The position numbers and the translations under genes are program-made. 64,000 nt of DNA from contig NW_027271164.1 in NCBI RefSeq assembly GCF_040938485.1, positions 744,001 through 808,000 of the forward strand. Direction: 5' to 3'. Origin of the DNA: Diadema antillarum (Eukaryota). Of the stretch, positions 45,955-64,000 are shown piece after piece. Numbering within the stretch: the first letter of the stretch is position 1; every line of letters starts with the position of its first letter. A model generated the notes under the pieces. It was not told the origin of the DNA. It saw only the letters and a program-made list of their open reading frames with translations, and ran no database searches.

Positions 45955-46819
45955 TGTAGCCCACCTCTCGCTCACTCGCACTCGTAGACCTTAGATGGAG
46001 AGAGAGAGATGGCAGACTTCTTGTGGTGAAAAGCAAGTCTTGAATCTTTTATTTCGTTAATGGTCAAATGAATACTCAAATGATAAAACACAAAACAACT
46101 TATAAACAAAATCATGTACAACAATTACGGCCTCTATGTCAGCACACCGTGTTTACACAACATCTGCTTAGTGCTACAAGCCTGTAATTACGAATGAGAA
46201 CTGCTCACTCTGTGTGAAACAAAACAACATGTGATATACTGTGTTATTTGTCTGCCTACCCTATCCCCAGCTGTAAACAACTAAATTAATACACCCTTCT
46301 TTATTTAGCTGTAAAGCGGTTACTCATTAGGTATATGAGTTATAACACGATCTCTCACTGATCCCTTTCCTATCTCTACTATCGATTACATCCCATAGAG
46401 CTGTGCGATAGGTAAGAATGCAGTTCTATGTCACACCCATATCAATGCCTATAATTCATTGGTGCTACAAATACACAAATCATAATTAGTCATAAAATTA
46501 CAACGCACTTAATCTAACTTCAAACATTATTCCAATTTATTCTGCCAACTCATTATGTAACTAATTGAGAAAATGTTTGTTCGTTTATCTAAGCCATTCT
46601 GTTCCAAAACAAATGAAAATCAATATGGAAAAAGCCCTTAAACTTATTCCTTCTCACTTCAAAACAATTCGATGACTCAAATGATTGGATTCTCTCAGGC
46701 TACATATAATAACACTGACATTTGTTGTATATTTCTACTACCAATCTGCACTGACTGGTTCTTTTCTAACTTGTCTTCCTGAACTAAAATAAAATAAAAC
46801 ACCTCCTCTCTTTTCCCCA
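45955..46819 (-). mobile_element. Probable LTR (TG...CA, about 847 bp) preceded by a polypurine tract
   Basis: Minus strand: GGGGAAAAGAGAGGAGG then TGTTTT... ending ...GGGCTACA, with AATAAA about 95 nt from the 3' end. A 58-bp piece recurs at about 48960-49017. Confidence 0.5.
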
Positions 46820-46899
46820 GCACTCTTCGAGATGGCTCCTCAAAAGAGGAGATAAACTCTCTCACTTTCCCAAGTGGTGTCCAAAACTTAAAACAGAGA

Positions 46900-47637
46900 C
46901 GTTAGAACTTGTAGTTAGGGACCGTGAAGACGCACTCGTAGTTAGCAAACCTCGAGGTTTGCTCGATGTTTCGAGCCACGAGAAATCTTATGGTTAGCGC
47001 TGTAACCACGAGCCGCGGGGGGTCCCCGCTCGTAGTTACGCACCGTGTGGACACAAAAAACAACGAACTCGAAGTTAAGAGTGACCTCGCCGTAAACTCC
47101 AGTCCCCACAATTTCCCTCTGCTTCCGGGTCAACCTCCCAAACGTACACCACAAATACACTACACGTGAAAAACCTATGACGCACGACACAACAACATCA
47201 TCTTTTCTTCCCATGCGCTTGATCTCTGAAACTGAACACGTCGAACTCGCTACTGTATTCTATATTCTTCTCCGACTCTTAAAAAAAAAAAATGTTTTCG
47301 ACGAATATCTTCGTAAAGGCATAAAGTCATCAGTGCAGTGTTATCTCTGCATACCGATTACCATGACAGAGAAAAAGAGTACCTGTAAGCGAGTCCGACA
47401 GGTTGGTCTAAAGAATAAATAGACGCCTTGTTAGCAGTGTGGGCTGAAACTTCCGGTTTTGTGTTTTTAACATCGAGTGGGACCCACTCGTAGTTACGGG
47501 GGGCAGAAGCTTCACCTCGAGGTTTCGTAACCTCGAGGTTAAGATTCGTCGTGTGGACACACGTCGTAGTTAGGGGGCAAGAGCTAAACCTCGAGGTTTC
47601 CTAACCTCGAGGTTAGGGCCTGCCGTCTGAACGTAAC
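46900..47637. repeat. Array of palindromic AACCTCGAGGTT and CTCGTAGTTA modules, probably Harbinger-type MITE subterminal repeats
   Basis: CCTCGAGG at about 46950, 47515, 47531, 47589 and 47604; two units of about 75 bp at 47486-47620; terminus ...GCCGTCTGAACGTAAC. Confidence 0.55.
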
Positions 47638-49145
47638 TTTTGTTTAGGCAGGGGGAAGAAAGTAGCAAGCTATCTACACTGCCGAGGTACAGAGTTATCT
47701 CAACCTTGGCGAGAGGCAGGAGAGGAGTGACCACATCACATCAACATCCGACCACAGGGCTGGAGCGAGAACCACTGGCTCGCTGGTGTGCATACCGGTG
47801 GTTTTCACTCCGGCAGTGGGAGGAGTGTTCACACTCTAATTCTAGTTCCGTCTCCCCCATCAAACTTGTATACCTAATAATAACCCTACTTATTTCTGCT
47901 GACACCCACAACACACAACTTAATTTCATTAGCGAAAATACAATCCTGTATTATCATATACTGTAACACTTCAAAACTTTAAGAGGAGGGGTATCTAACT
48001 TAGAATTGTGTGAGACAGTCATCTATTACTCATCCCTCAACCTGGACTGTCAAATTATGGCACACGGTATCTACACTACACACAATTATAACATTCAACA
48101 CCAGTCTCAACGTATTCCCTCGAGGGACATTCCGCATACGCTGTCTCATGTGGTGTGTTAGTCTTCCCGTGTGAAAGTACCCCTAGCCCATCAAACTGTT
48201 ATCTTTTCCACTGCGTATCTTTCTTTGGAGACCACTGAGGTTTCTTTGTCTTGACGGAGTTTGTTGAAGCGTACACTGACTTTTCTTCACTGCAGTGTCT
48301 AATTCTACAATCTTATATGCCCTGACATTGCAATGCACATTGAGCCACATTATTACACTAGCCACATGCATACCATCACTGCATGCACAGACACACAAAA
48401 CAACTCGCAATATTTTCTAGAATAATTATTGAACAGGCAGACAGGCCCACATTATATACCTTCCTGTACGCCTCATGGAGTACTGCATTTTTATGACAAT
48501 ATGCAACACTATATACCCTGTAAAGTTTCAGTTTTACTGAGTTATAGGATAGTTTGTGAAACATATTTGATAACTGACATAATTATCCCGTTTCCTCCGT
48601 CAATTTACAGAGTATACATAACCAAGTACATTATTTTCATGAAACAATCGCAAGACACGTAGAGCTTAACTGACCAAGTGGTCCATTTTAAAAGCAATTA
48701 AGCTACTGGCTATTCACGATGAAACTATATTGGTAATGGCCAGCTCGGCTGCATTTATCGAACTTGTAGAATTTCTCAGGCTTGCCATTTATGTCTCAAC
48801 TTTTGTAACCTGTGTAGAGTGCTCTCTTGGAATCCATTCTTTTATCTTCAATAGCATCTACTCAGGATAAAATGTCTACTTCTGATGATATTAGTTGCCC
48901 ACTATTCAAATCTTTACCAAGTAACTGTAGCAAATATACCATGAAATGTTTGAACTCACCTTAGATGGAGAGAGAGAGATGGCGGACTTCTTGTGGTGAA
49001 AAGCAAGTCTTGAATGCTTTCACCCCGCAGAGGAGATAACAACCCCAAAGAAAGCGTTGGACTCTTCCATTCGAAGATGGGGTACCAGGGTCAATCTCTG
49101 GAGGAGTTACCTCTTGCTAATATCTTAGCAATATGTGGGCTTGCC

Positions 49146-49193
<48 letters not shown>

Positions 49194-49356
49194 AATGCCC
49201 GTGTTTCGTTGCAAGCGCGACAGCTAAAAGCGCACTTGCTCACCTATGTGTATAGTCGTAGCCTGCTTGTGGGTAAGGGGATGCAGGGGGCGTTCATTCA
49301 ACAAAAAAAGGGTGACAATGCAAGAACAGGTCCCTGACCTTGCGAGATATGACACC

Positions 49357-49690
49357 TGTCAGAGAGTAGGGGGAGAACACAGTCATCTGGCTTGATTAAC
49401 ACAGTTCTGCAAAGTCTTTATTCACATTCAACATGATACGTAATACTTTCAGTTTACAAAAACGCAACAATCACAATTTTCACATACACTATGTACACTG
49501 ACATACTACATACAACATAATATCTAAACTACCCTTCAGTACTTATAACTACGTGTTACTCTATCACCAGATGTGTTATTACACTTACTAATTCCCATTA
49601 ACTCAAACTTCATTTTTGTACAATTGACTTAATTTACTCTCTATATATACATTACATATAACACGCTCTCAAATACTCTTAACAAAATAC
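49357..49690 (-). mobile_element. Second LTR-like fragment
   Basis: Minus strand GTGAATAAAGACTTTG...CTCTCTGACA terminus; AT-rich body; left extent uncertain. Confidence 0.3.
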
Positions 49691-50145
49691 ATGGGAAAGA
49701 CCCCGATGCAGAACCCTTTGCAAGTTCACAAAGTAATATAAAAGCTAAGGCGAGAAGACGCTGGGCTCCCCAGCATATAAAAACTCAACAAAGTATACAA
49801 AGGAAGCTTTAAAGTTGAAATTTATAGGAAATGATATATAAATTCACTGTTTTCCATCATTTAATGTTATTTTGATTAATTTCTGACATAAATCATGCAA
49901 TAAAGTTGTCTCTTCTTTGAATATAAGAATTTTTATTTTTACCAAATTTGAGCACTGGAAAAAGTTTGATGCGGCTACGAAAAGTGCCAAATCTGTGACG
50001 TCACCAAATGTGTATGCAACCCAGTGGGATTTACGTATCTATAGGCAAACTGTGTACACTTTTCAGAAAATTGTTGTGTAATTTGTTGGCAATCTAGAAT
50101 AAATCGTCCGCCAAATCTATATATTCACGTCGTGAAATTGTGTTC

Positions 50146-50564
50146 ATTGGAATCATTTTTTACACCCATAAATTTAAAGTTTTAAAAGCACAAAACCTAT
50201 CGTCAGCTCAAGATTCACGATGGCCGTGATCAGCTGTTCCTTCATACAGCCACAATTTGCTGTTATTATTGACACAACAAATCGATCATTGTGGGGGAAT
50301 TGCGTATAGCTGAGGTAATCTTACATACTCATGAAGGATAATAATTAAGTCAAAGAGCTGTAATTGATTGGAAATCATTTTTACACCCATGAATTTACGG
50401 AAATACGACGTTAGAAAAGCACAAAAACTACCGTAATCAGCTCAAGATTCGCTATCGCCGTGATCAGCTGTTCCTTCGTACAGCCACAATTTGCTGTTAT
50501 TATTGACACAACAAATCGATCATTGTGGGGGAATTGCGTATAGCTGAGGTAATCTTACATACTC
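50146..50564 (+). repeat. Local tandem duplication of about 200 bp (50146-50330, 50367-50564)
   Basis: The 3' about 105 bp (GCCGTGATCAGCTG...CTTACATACTC) are nearly identical. Confidence 0.85.
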
Positions 50565-53500
50565 TATCTTATATTTGGTAAATTTTACCTTTAACATATT
50601 ACATCAAATCAGAGATTGACACTTCAGGGGAATATTTCGTATCTACCAAACATCTGATACATCGGGTGATGTTCGTTACTCTGAAGGTTCGTTAATCCGT
50701 TGCTCTTTGTAGGTACGCGCATATTGATAGTCACGTGTCATGCGAATCTTTTAAGTGTCAGTGAAGAGAGAAAAGATGAAAGAAAGGAAACAAAAATAAA
50801 ACTTGGGGAAAAATGAAAAAGTAAGCAAAACCAACGTGAGAGCTATAGACAGGATGGTTTTGTTTTTGGTTTTGTTTTGGGGAGAATAATTCATGCTAAG
50901 TGGTCATTAATAGCTGAACCTTTCTGTACAGAAATTCGAGCTAGGTTGCCAAGGTGTACTTACGAATAAGAATGCGAAACCAAATCTTGTAATTGTTATT
51001 GCTCATCAAGGGTATTTTAGACGATAAAAAGTCTGGTTTTAATGTGAGTCTCAAATCAGTAATGACGTCTTTAGGTTTGTTTATAGAAATCATGTTCATT
51101 AAATACAGATCATAATAATGATTATGCTTCGATTAGTGATAATCTCTTCAAAATGATTACTCTCTTCTTGTGCATCATAAGAATGTATGCATCCATGCAT
51201 GGAGGTGTGTGTGTGCATGTGTGTGTATGTGCGCGCGCGTTCACGTCTAGTTGTCTTTGCCTGTATGTATAGGTAGGCCTATATACGGTTTCCCCTACGG
51301 CTCCTTATGATAAGCACGTGAAATCTTCACATCGGTTCATTTCCCACTACAGTGCTGATCTGCTCGGAGCCAGAGACCAGTGTCCAGGCAAGGTAAGTGA
51401 ATTCACTTTGTTGGACAGTCTCTTTCTTCTATTTCAGCCAAACTGGCCATATTGACAGGAAACAATCGTATAAGAATATGAAAGCTAAAGACTGTAATGA
51501 TTATCGCATCGCCTTCTTCATCGTGTAAAAAGAAAATGCTTCGCTATGAATCAAATCTGCGCTAATGATAGAGAATTTGAGCAGAAGTCGTCGTTTAGTT
51601 CGAAATTATTTATGATGTGTATTAGGTGTGTTTTTTTTTTCTTCACCCGTTTACACTGCATTGAGTTGAACCATTGATCTTGTTAAACATCCTGGTCGCG
51701 CTCAGAATTATTTTTCAGTCAAAGACTTCTACCTCCCTGGTTGGACAGTCTCTGCCTTTTATTTCAACCAAACTGGCTATGCCAACAGGAAATAATCGAA
51801 GAAGAAATGGAAAGCTAAAGACTGTAATGATTGTTCATATCGTCTTCTTCATCGTGTAAAAAGAAAATGCTTCGTTATAAATCAAAATGTGTGCTAATGA
51901 TAGAGAAGCTGAGCAAGAGGTCGTGGTTTGAGTGATGTGATTATCATTCACCCAGCCGAAGTGTAAACTCCAAGTTTCAATTCCAGTTTTGTAATTTACA
52001 ACAATTTTGAAGTTTTGTTTGGTTCGAAATTATTTCTGATATCTATTGTATTTTTTTTCTTCACCAGGTTACACTGCATGGAGTTAAACTATTGTACTAT
52101 CTTGTTAAACATCCTGGTCGCACTCAGAGTGTTTTTGTTTTCACTCAAGTCAATTATTATTTTCTTGATTCCTAGGAAATCGAATCAGTCAGTGCAGTAT
52201 AACATTGTAGCATGTAGATCAGTATGTCTATTGTTGACGAACATAAACTGATGGAATCACATTTTCTTTGCTCATTTTTTTTAAATTCATAACATCATTA
52301 TTGTGCTTAAACACAATCTATTCCAATCATGGCAAGCGGCGATTAAAGCCACATTCAATTAATGTATTACAACAAGGAAAAGAAGGTGTTGTTCTATTAA
52401 CAAAACATAATACTTGTTCCAAACTTAGATTAGGTAGAAGGTAAAACGCTGAACACGCTGAAAGAGGAAAATTCTACATTCTCTTAACTATAATGTATTG
52501 GTTTCATGTGCCAACCTCTTTTATATATGCAAACTTTACTGAGATGTCACAGAACTAATACGATATATAGAAAATGATGCCAAAATAAACAGAATTTTAC
52601 CCCAAAATTACAATTCTATGAAATTTGATATTTGACAGTGCTCCTCCGGAAGATGCGGAGAATCATTTTGCCTTCAAATATTATTGCAAAAGGTCAATAG
52701 AATGTGTAAAGCTTATGAAAGTCCTTTACATTTCTAGTGCAAGAACAACGTCTAACACGAAGACTATCATTATGTATCTGAAGATTAGAGATTATTATGA
52801 ACAGCCAAGCGTCTGGGCTAGAATTACCTTACAGTATTTCTTCATGACTTGCGAGAATTTTATAAGCATTAGTTATGTATAGATAGACTGAGGTATAAAA
52901 ATTGACGCAAGAAGTAACCTTCAAGTTAGTTCTTATACAAAGATCCTCAGGCATATTGATCTCTTTTCAAATTTGTATTTTTGTCTGTATTGTGCTGCCT
53001 ACAGAATATATTTTATATCACCTGTAGTTATCACATGAGAAAATTAAATGTAGATGGATAAGTTGTAGAAATACATATGGCCTAATAATGTTTGGGAGTG
53101 ATCCGAACATCACAAGCTCCCGTTTTCAGTAGCTCACTTTTTTTCCATCGCTCTTTAGACCTAGAGAGATTGTTGTCATCATCGCAAAGTAAGCACTCCG
53201 TCCTTCTCTCTCTCCCATTATCTGTCAATCGTATCTATTTAATTGTATTATATTTTATGATTTGTACTTCTTAAATTATTATACGATATAAATTGTCCAA
53301 ATCTGTATAATGTATACTTATTTTTCGTTGGATGGATGTAAGATAATTTTTGTTATGATATTCATACGATTTATAACATAAAACTCTCCTTAATGTCTTT
53401 CAACGTTTACAATATATACCATTAAAAAAGAAAAAATGCAACATAATTCACACTTATACACAATAGAGGAATGACACAGGTCATCACAACAAAACGATAA

Positions 53501-54063
53501 CAAATCAGATTTTTTTTTTAAAAGAACAAGGAAAGAGAAATTAAGTAAAGTGAAAGAAAAGGTGTACTTTAAAAGCCTCAAGGGATTGCAGTGATGGGAT
53601 CATCTAAATGTAAAAAGTTGGAATACACAAGGATGAAAGAAATTGATTCAGTGGAATAGAACTGAATGGAACTGAGTAATGATGTCGGTAGCACTCTAGC
53701 AGTGCATAGCACTGATGATCGAGGGCGAAGAACATAAGAGAGCAGAAGCGGGTATGGGAGTCTCGTTGGGGCGGCTCTCGCTATCCGCTACCCATTACCT
53801 TGGTCAGCTGACTCTCGATGTTGGCTTGCATGGTTTCGCGGAACCTATACCTCTGCTTGCTCCTATTGCATTCACTATAGAGAGGGGGACGTTTGGCACA
53901 GGCTATTGAAACTTCGAACAGTATGGGTTCCTACCAAGAGGCTATGATATATGGGTCACCTACTCCTTATGACATCAATTTTCTGTATGTTCTTAACAGT
54001 TGTTGGCGTAAGAGGCGCTAACATTCCTTCTTGCTCTTACAGGATTCGACGTACTCTGTCATC

Positions 54064-61150
<7,087 letters not shown>

Positions 61151-62300
61151 TATACCCCGATGTTGACACTGCAAAGAGTGCCGGATTTTCGACCGGAGCA
61201 TCACATTGACGTTTTAATGGTTTAGCTTGCTGAAACATCAATTGAAGATGGAATAATTCTTACGTGTGCACTTCCTTTTGTTTAAACTTGAGTATAAAAA
61301 CACACACACACAACAAAATTATGACAGACACAATGGAATACTCAGAAACACTGATTGGTAATCCACAGGGCATCAACAGATTTTCCGAGATTTCCACAAC
61401 AAGTTTAAAATATGTAGAACGATGTTATTTCAATGACCAGGAGGACAAAATCAGAAAAATCAGTCCGTCCTGAAAAGGGTCTATTTTGAGCGACATGAAT
61501 TTGTCGATTTAGTTCTAGACAACAGCCACAAGCTACTAAAACGGCTTTGCTTCTATTAATAACCCTCGCCCACACACTGAGAAAGCTAAGATATGAGAAA
61601 CATGTAAAGTATAGTGTATATGAAATGGGTATACAGAATTTAAAATTATATCATAACATCAGCGTATCAAAAACATGTAAGCTTGAACAAGATGTGGGTC
61701 CGGGAGCTAATCGTTCAAGCTCTAACAGGTAATTTTTCGATACATATACAGTGTATGTACCACAATATGAGGCGCATTTCTGATTTTTTTTTTATTTCGG
61801 AAATGTTTTAATTTGAACAAAGAGTATACTTATTTGCAATGCGTAAACATTATATATAACTTCGTGTATATAAGCGCATGTTCTTTCAGATCACGAAGAC
61901 AAAGTATACACACAAGCTGGTTTTTTCTTCGTCTTGTATCCAATGACTCTAAGGGGGTGTTGCAAGAAAGGAGAGTTGCAATCAATTGCAACTTTCTTGC
62001 AACACCCCCTAAGTCTCATTATAAGCAAGCAGTAAAATGATTTCAGCAATTTATGATCATGTGTTAGCAGTAACTATTAGGTCATGAAATGTCAGACAGT
62101 CTTTTAGTTCAGTTAGTCAATAATGTTATAGAGTCTCTCTGTAAATAATTCTTTCTTGGTCGAAGCGCAATGATAGATTGGATTAACATGCTTTGTATGT
62201 TGTTTGTACTCAGCATTCATCATTTTCTGTCCAATACATGATTTTACTCCACGTTCGGTCTTAACATAACTGTGTGAATAATAATATGCGTTAGAATGTC

Positions 62301-62513
62301 GATATTGGTTATCAAACTCAGACAGTCAAAAGGGGCCTGAGCTTTCGATCCTATTACAGAATCTTTGTCAGAGGCAAAATGAAAATATTTTGCCTCTGAC
62401 GAAGATTCTGCTAGGATCGAAAGCTCAGGCCCCTTTTGACTCCATTTTACTCCATTGGCTCACCACTATTGGATAAGCAGTTTTCAGCAGCTTTTTTTTT
62501 TGCTACACTTGTC
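62301..62513. mobile_element. Penelope-like terminal fragment with inverted hammerhead motifs, copy-B-specific
   Basis: Insertion relative to copy A (about 44100), with TGTC on both sides; contains a 118-bp imperfect palindrome at 62324-62441. Confidence 0.6.
62392..62430 (+). ncRNA. Minimal type I hammerhead ribozyme motif
   Basis: Stem I GCCU/AGGC; core CUGACGA plus an extra A; stem II GAUUC-UGCUA-GGAUC; GAAA; palindromic helix III AGCU; cleavage predicted after C62426. Confidence 0.7.
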
Positions 62514-63528
62514 ATACTCTGGAAGATTTACTCACTTGGTAGTAAGCATCATTAAAAGGAATTTCTTTTGGAATACCAAAAAGAAAGTCTTATGGAAGCA
62601 GACCAATGAAAAATGTTCCTTGGATTAATTTTTGGAAGGACAGCAAAGGATAAGATAAAAGTTCTTTTTCGCATCAAATTGACAGTTGCATGTGTCGTTT
62701 ATATCTCGTCATGACTCGTGATTGCTGTTTGGAACGATTACAGTTCATTATTCCAAAGTGTATATGTTATTCCAAAGGTTTTTATTCCCCCCAAAAGAGA
62801 AGGGTTGTCATTCCGAAGGTTCTTTAATTCGAAAATGGTCAAGAAAAAAAAGTTCGCTATCCAAAAGTTCGTAAATCAGAAAATACAATAATTTCGCCAG
62901 TGAGTGTGCATTATTTTTTTCGGATAAAAAGACTTTCGGAATAACGACAAAATATAAATGTTCTCCTTAACAAACCCTGTTTCATTGTCGGGTTAACGAT
63001 TGTATCTATACCACTGGAATTTGTATGTTTCGGAACAACGAACCTTCGAAAAACAAAAAGCAAAAACTATCCTTATTCCATTTTTGGAATAACGAACACC
63101 ACCGGTTTAGAACAGATTAGTTACCATTCCTGGCAGTTGATGGTGAGTGATTGTGAACAACACGAAAAGGCATGCATGAAGTGAAAATGAGGCTTATTGT
63201 ATTATAGTTGACTTTGAATTAAGAAGGATCAAATGCATGTCTTAATATCTTATTACACTACTCCACACCACTGTATGATCAGGAACATATACTGTAGTAT
63301 ATGTATCAATGATATGATTTATGTGAGTATGTGTGAGTGTATCTGAGTGTGCGTGTTTGTGTGTGTCCTATGTGTGTGTGTGTGTGTGTGTGTGTTTATT
63401 TTTTCAAGAGCAACGTCCATCTATCCTATAAACAACCCCTTTCTTTTACACGTACACAAACATGAGACGCTGCGCACGTTCAGGATGAGACTATATGAAT
63501 TTGAATAAGTGACATTGATGTATATACA

Positions 63529-63585
<57 letters not shown>

Positions 63586-63649
63586 TACATAACTGGTACA
63601 CAAGTACATGCATTCGTTTGTATTATTCATTTACATTACCATGATTTTA

Positions 63650-63967
63650 CCCTCTTATGAAAGAGCATGTAATTTATAATAAGGATTCAAAGTTTTGAAG
63701 AAAATACTTCTTGGTGTTGAAATGGCTGAGGCATCCAAAACAAAGAAATCCTAATAAAAGGTGGGACCCAGCTCTTCATTAGGGTCGCTTTGTTTTACTT
63801 TGCTTTTGTATACCTCAGGCATTTCAAAACAGATTTTCATCAAATAAACTTTGAATTCCTATCATAGAATTGTATGCTCTGTAACATACGTGGTTTCTTC
63901 ATGTCCTTAGTATCTCGCGAAAAAATAAGAGCTCAATCATCATCTCAACCACTATTCTATTATCCCT
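63650..63967. mobile_element. Kolobok-like TTAA MITE, copy 4 (one end truncated), next to (TA)n at about 63527-63585
   Basis: Ends ...TATTATCCCT|TTAA; body homologous to 18012-18392. Confidence 0.7.
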
Positions 63968-64000
63968 TTAATTTGAAGTTTCGCATGCATGCGCCTTGGT

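Noticed and set aside
46900-50564. Repeat-spacer pattern suggesting CRISPR
   Set aside because: Eukaryotic context; repeats are irregular TE modules or tandem duplicates, not constant repeats with unique spacers; no cas genes.

Overview
AT-rich, intron-containing animal genomic DNA. Gene content and repeat style suggest an invertebrate deuterostome, probably an echinoderm (inference). Left to right: (1) the 5' five coding exons of eIF4B (minus strand; gene runs off the left edge), head-to-head with (2) a complete 8-exon LZTFL1/BBS17 gene (plus). LZTFL1 intron 1 holds a decayed CR1-type LINE whose 5' part is inverted, and a separate LINE 3' end. (3) A secreted PAN/Apple + fibrinogen-domain (FReD) gene at 23.1-25.2 kb that seems to lack the first FReD segment. 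(4) Two tandem, apparently intact cathepsin L paralogs (duplicated units about 30.9-45.4 and 50.6-63.5 kb), separated by a 168-N gap and a degenerate LTR-element cluster. Many MITEs and microsatellites are interspersed. Most notable observations: two inverted (head-to-head) pairs of hammerhead-ribozyme motifs of the Penelope-associated type (62.3-62.4 kb, one copy intact; 45.6-45.7 kb, both damaged); cathepsin paralog divergence concentrated in the mature enzyme, including S2-pocket positions; a pyrimidine-tract-less splice acceptor kept in both paralogs; and the cleanly inverted CR1. Exon structures and counts were derived by hand and need computational confirmation.
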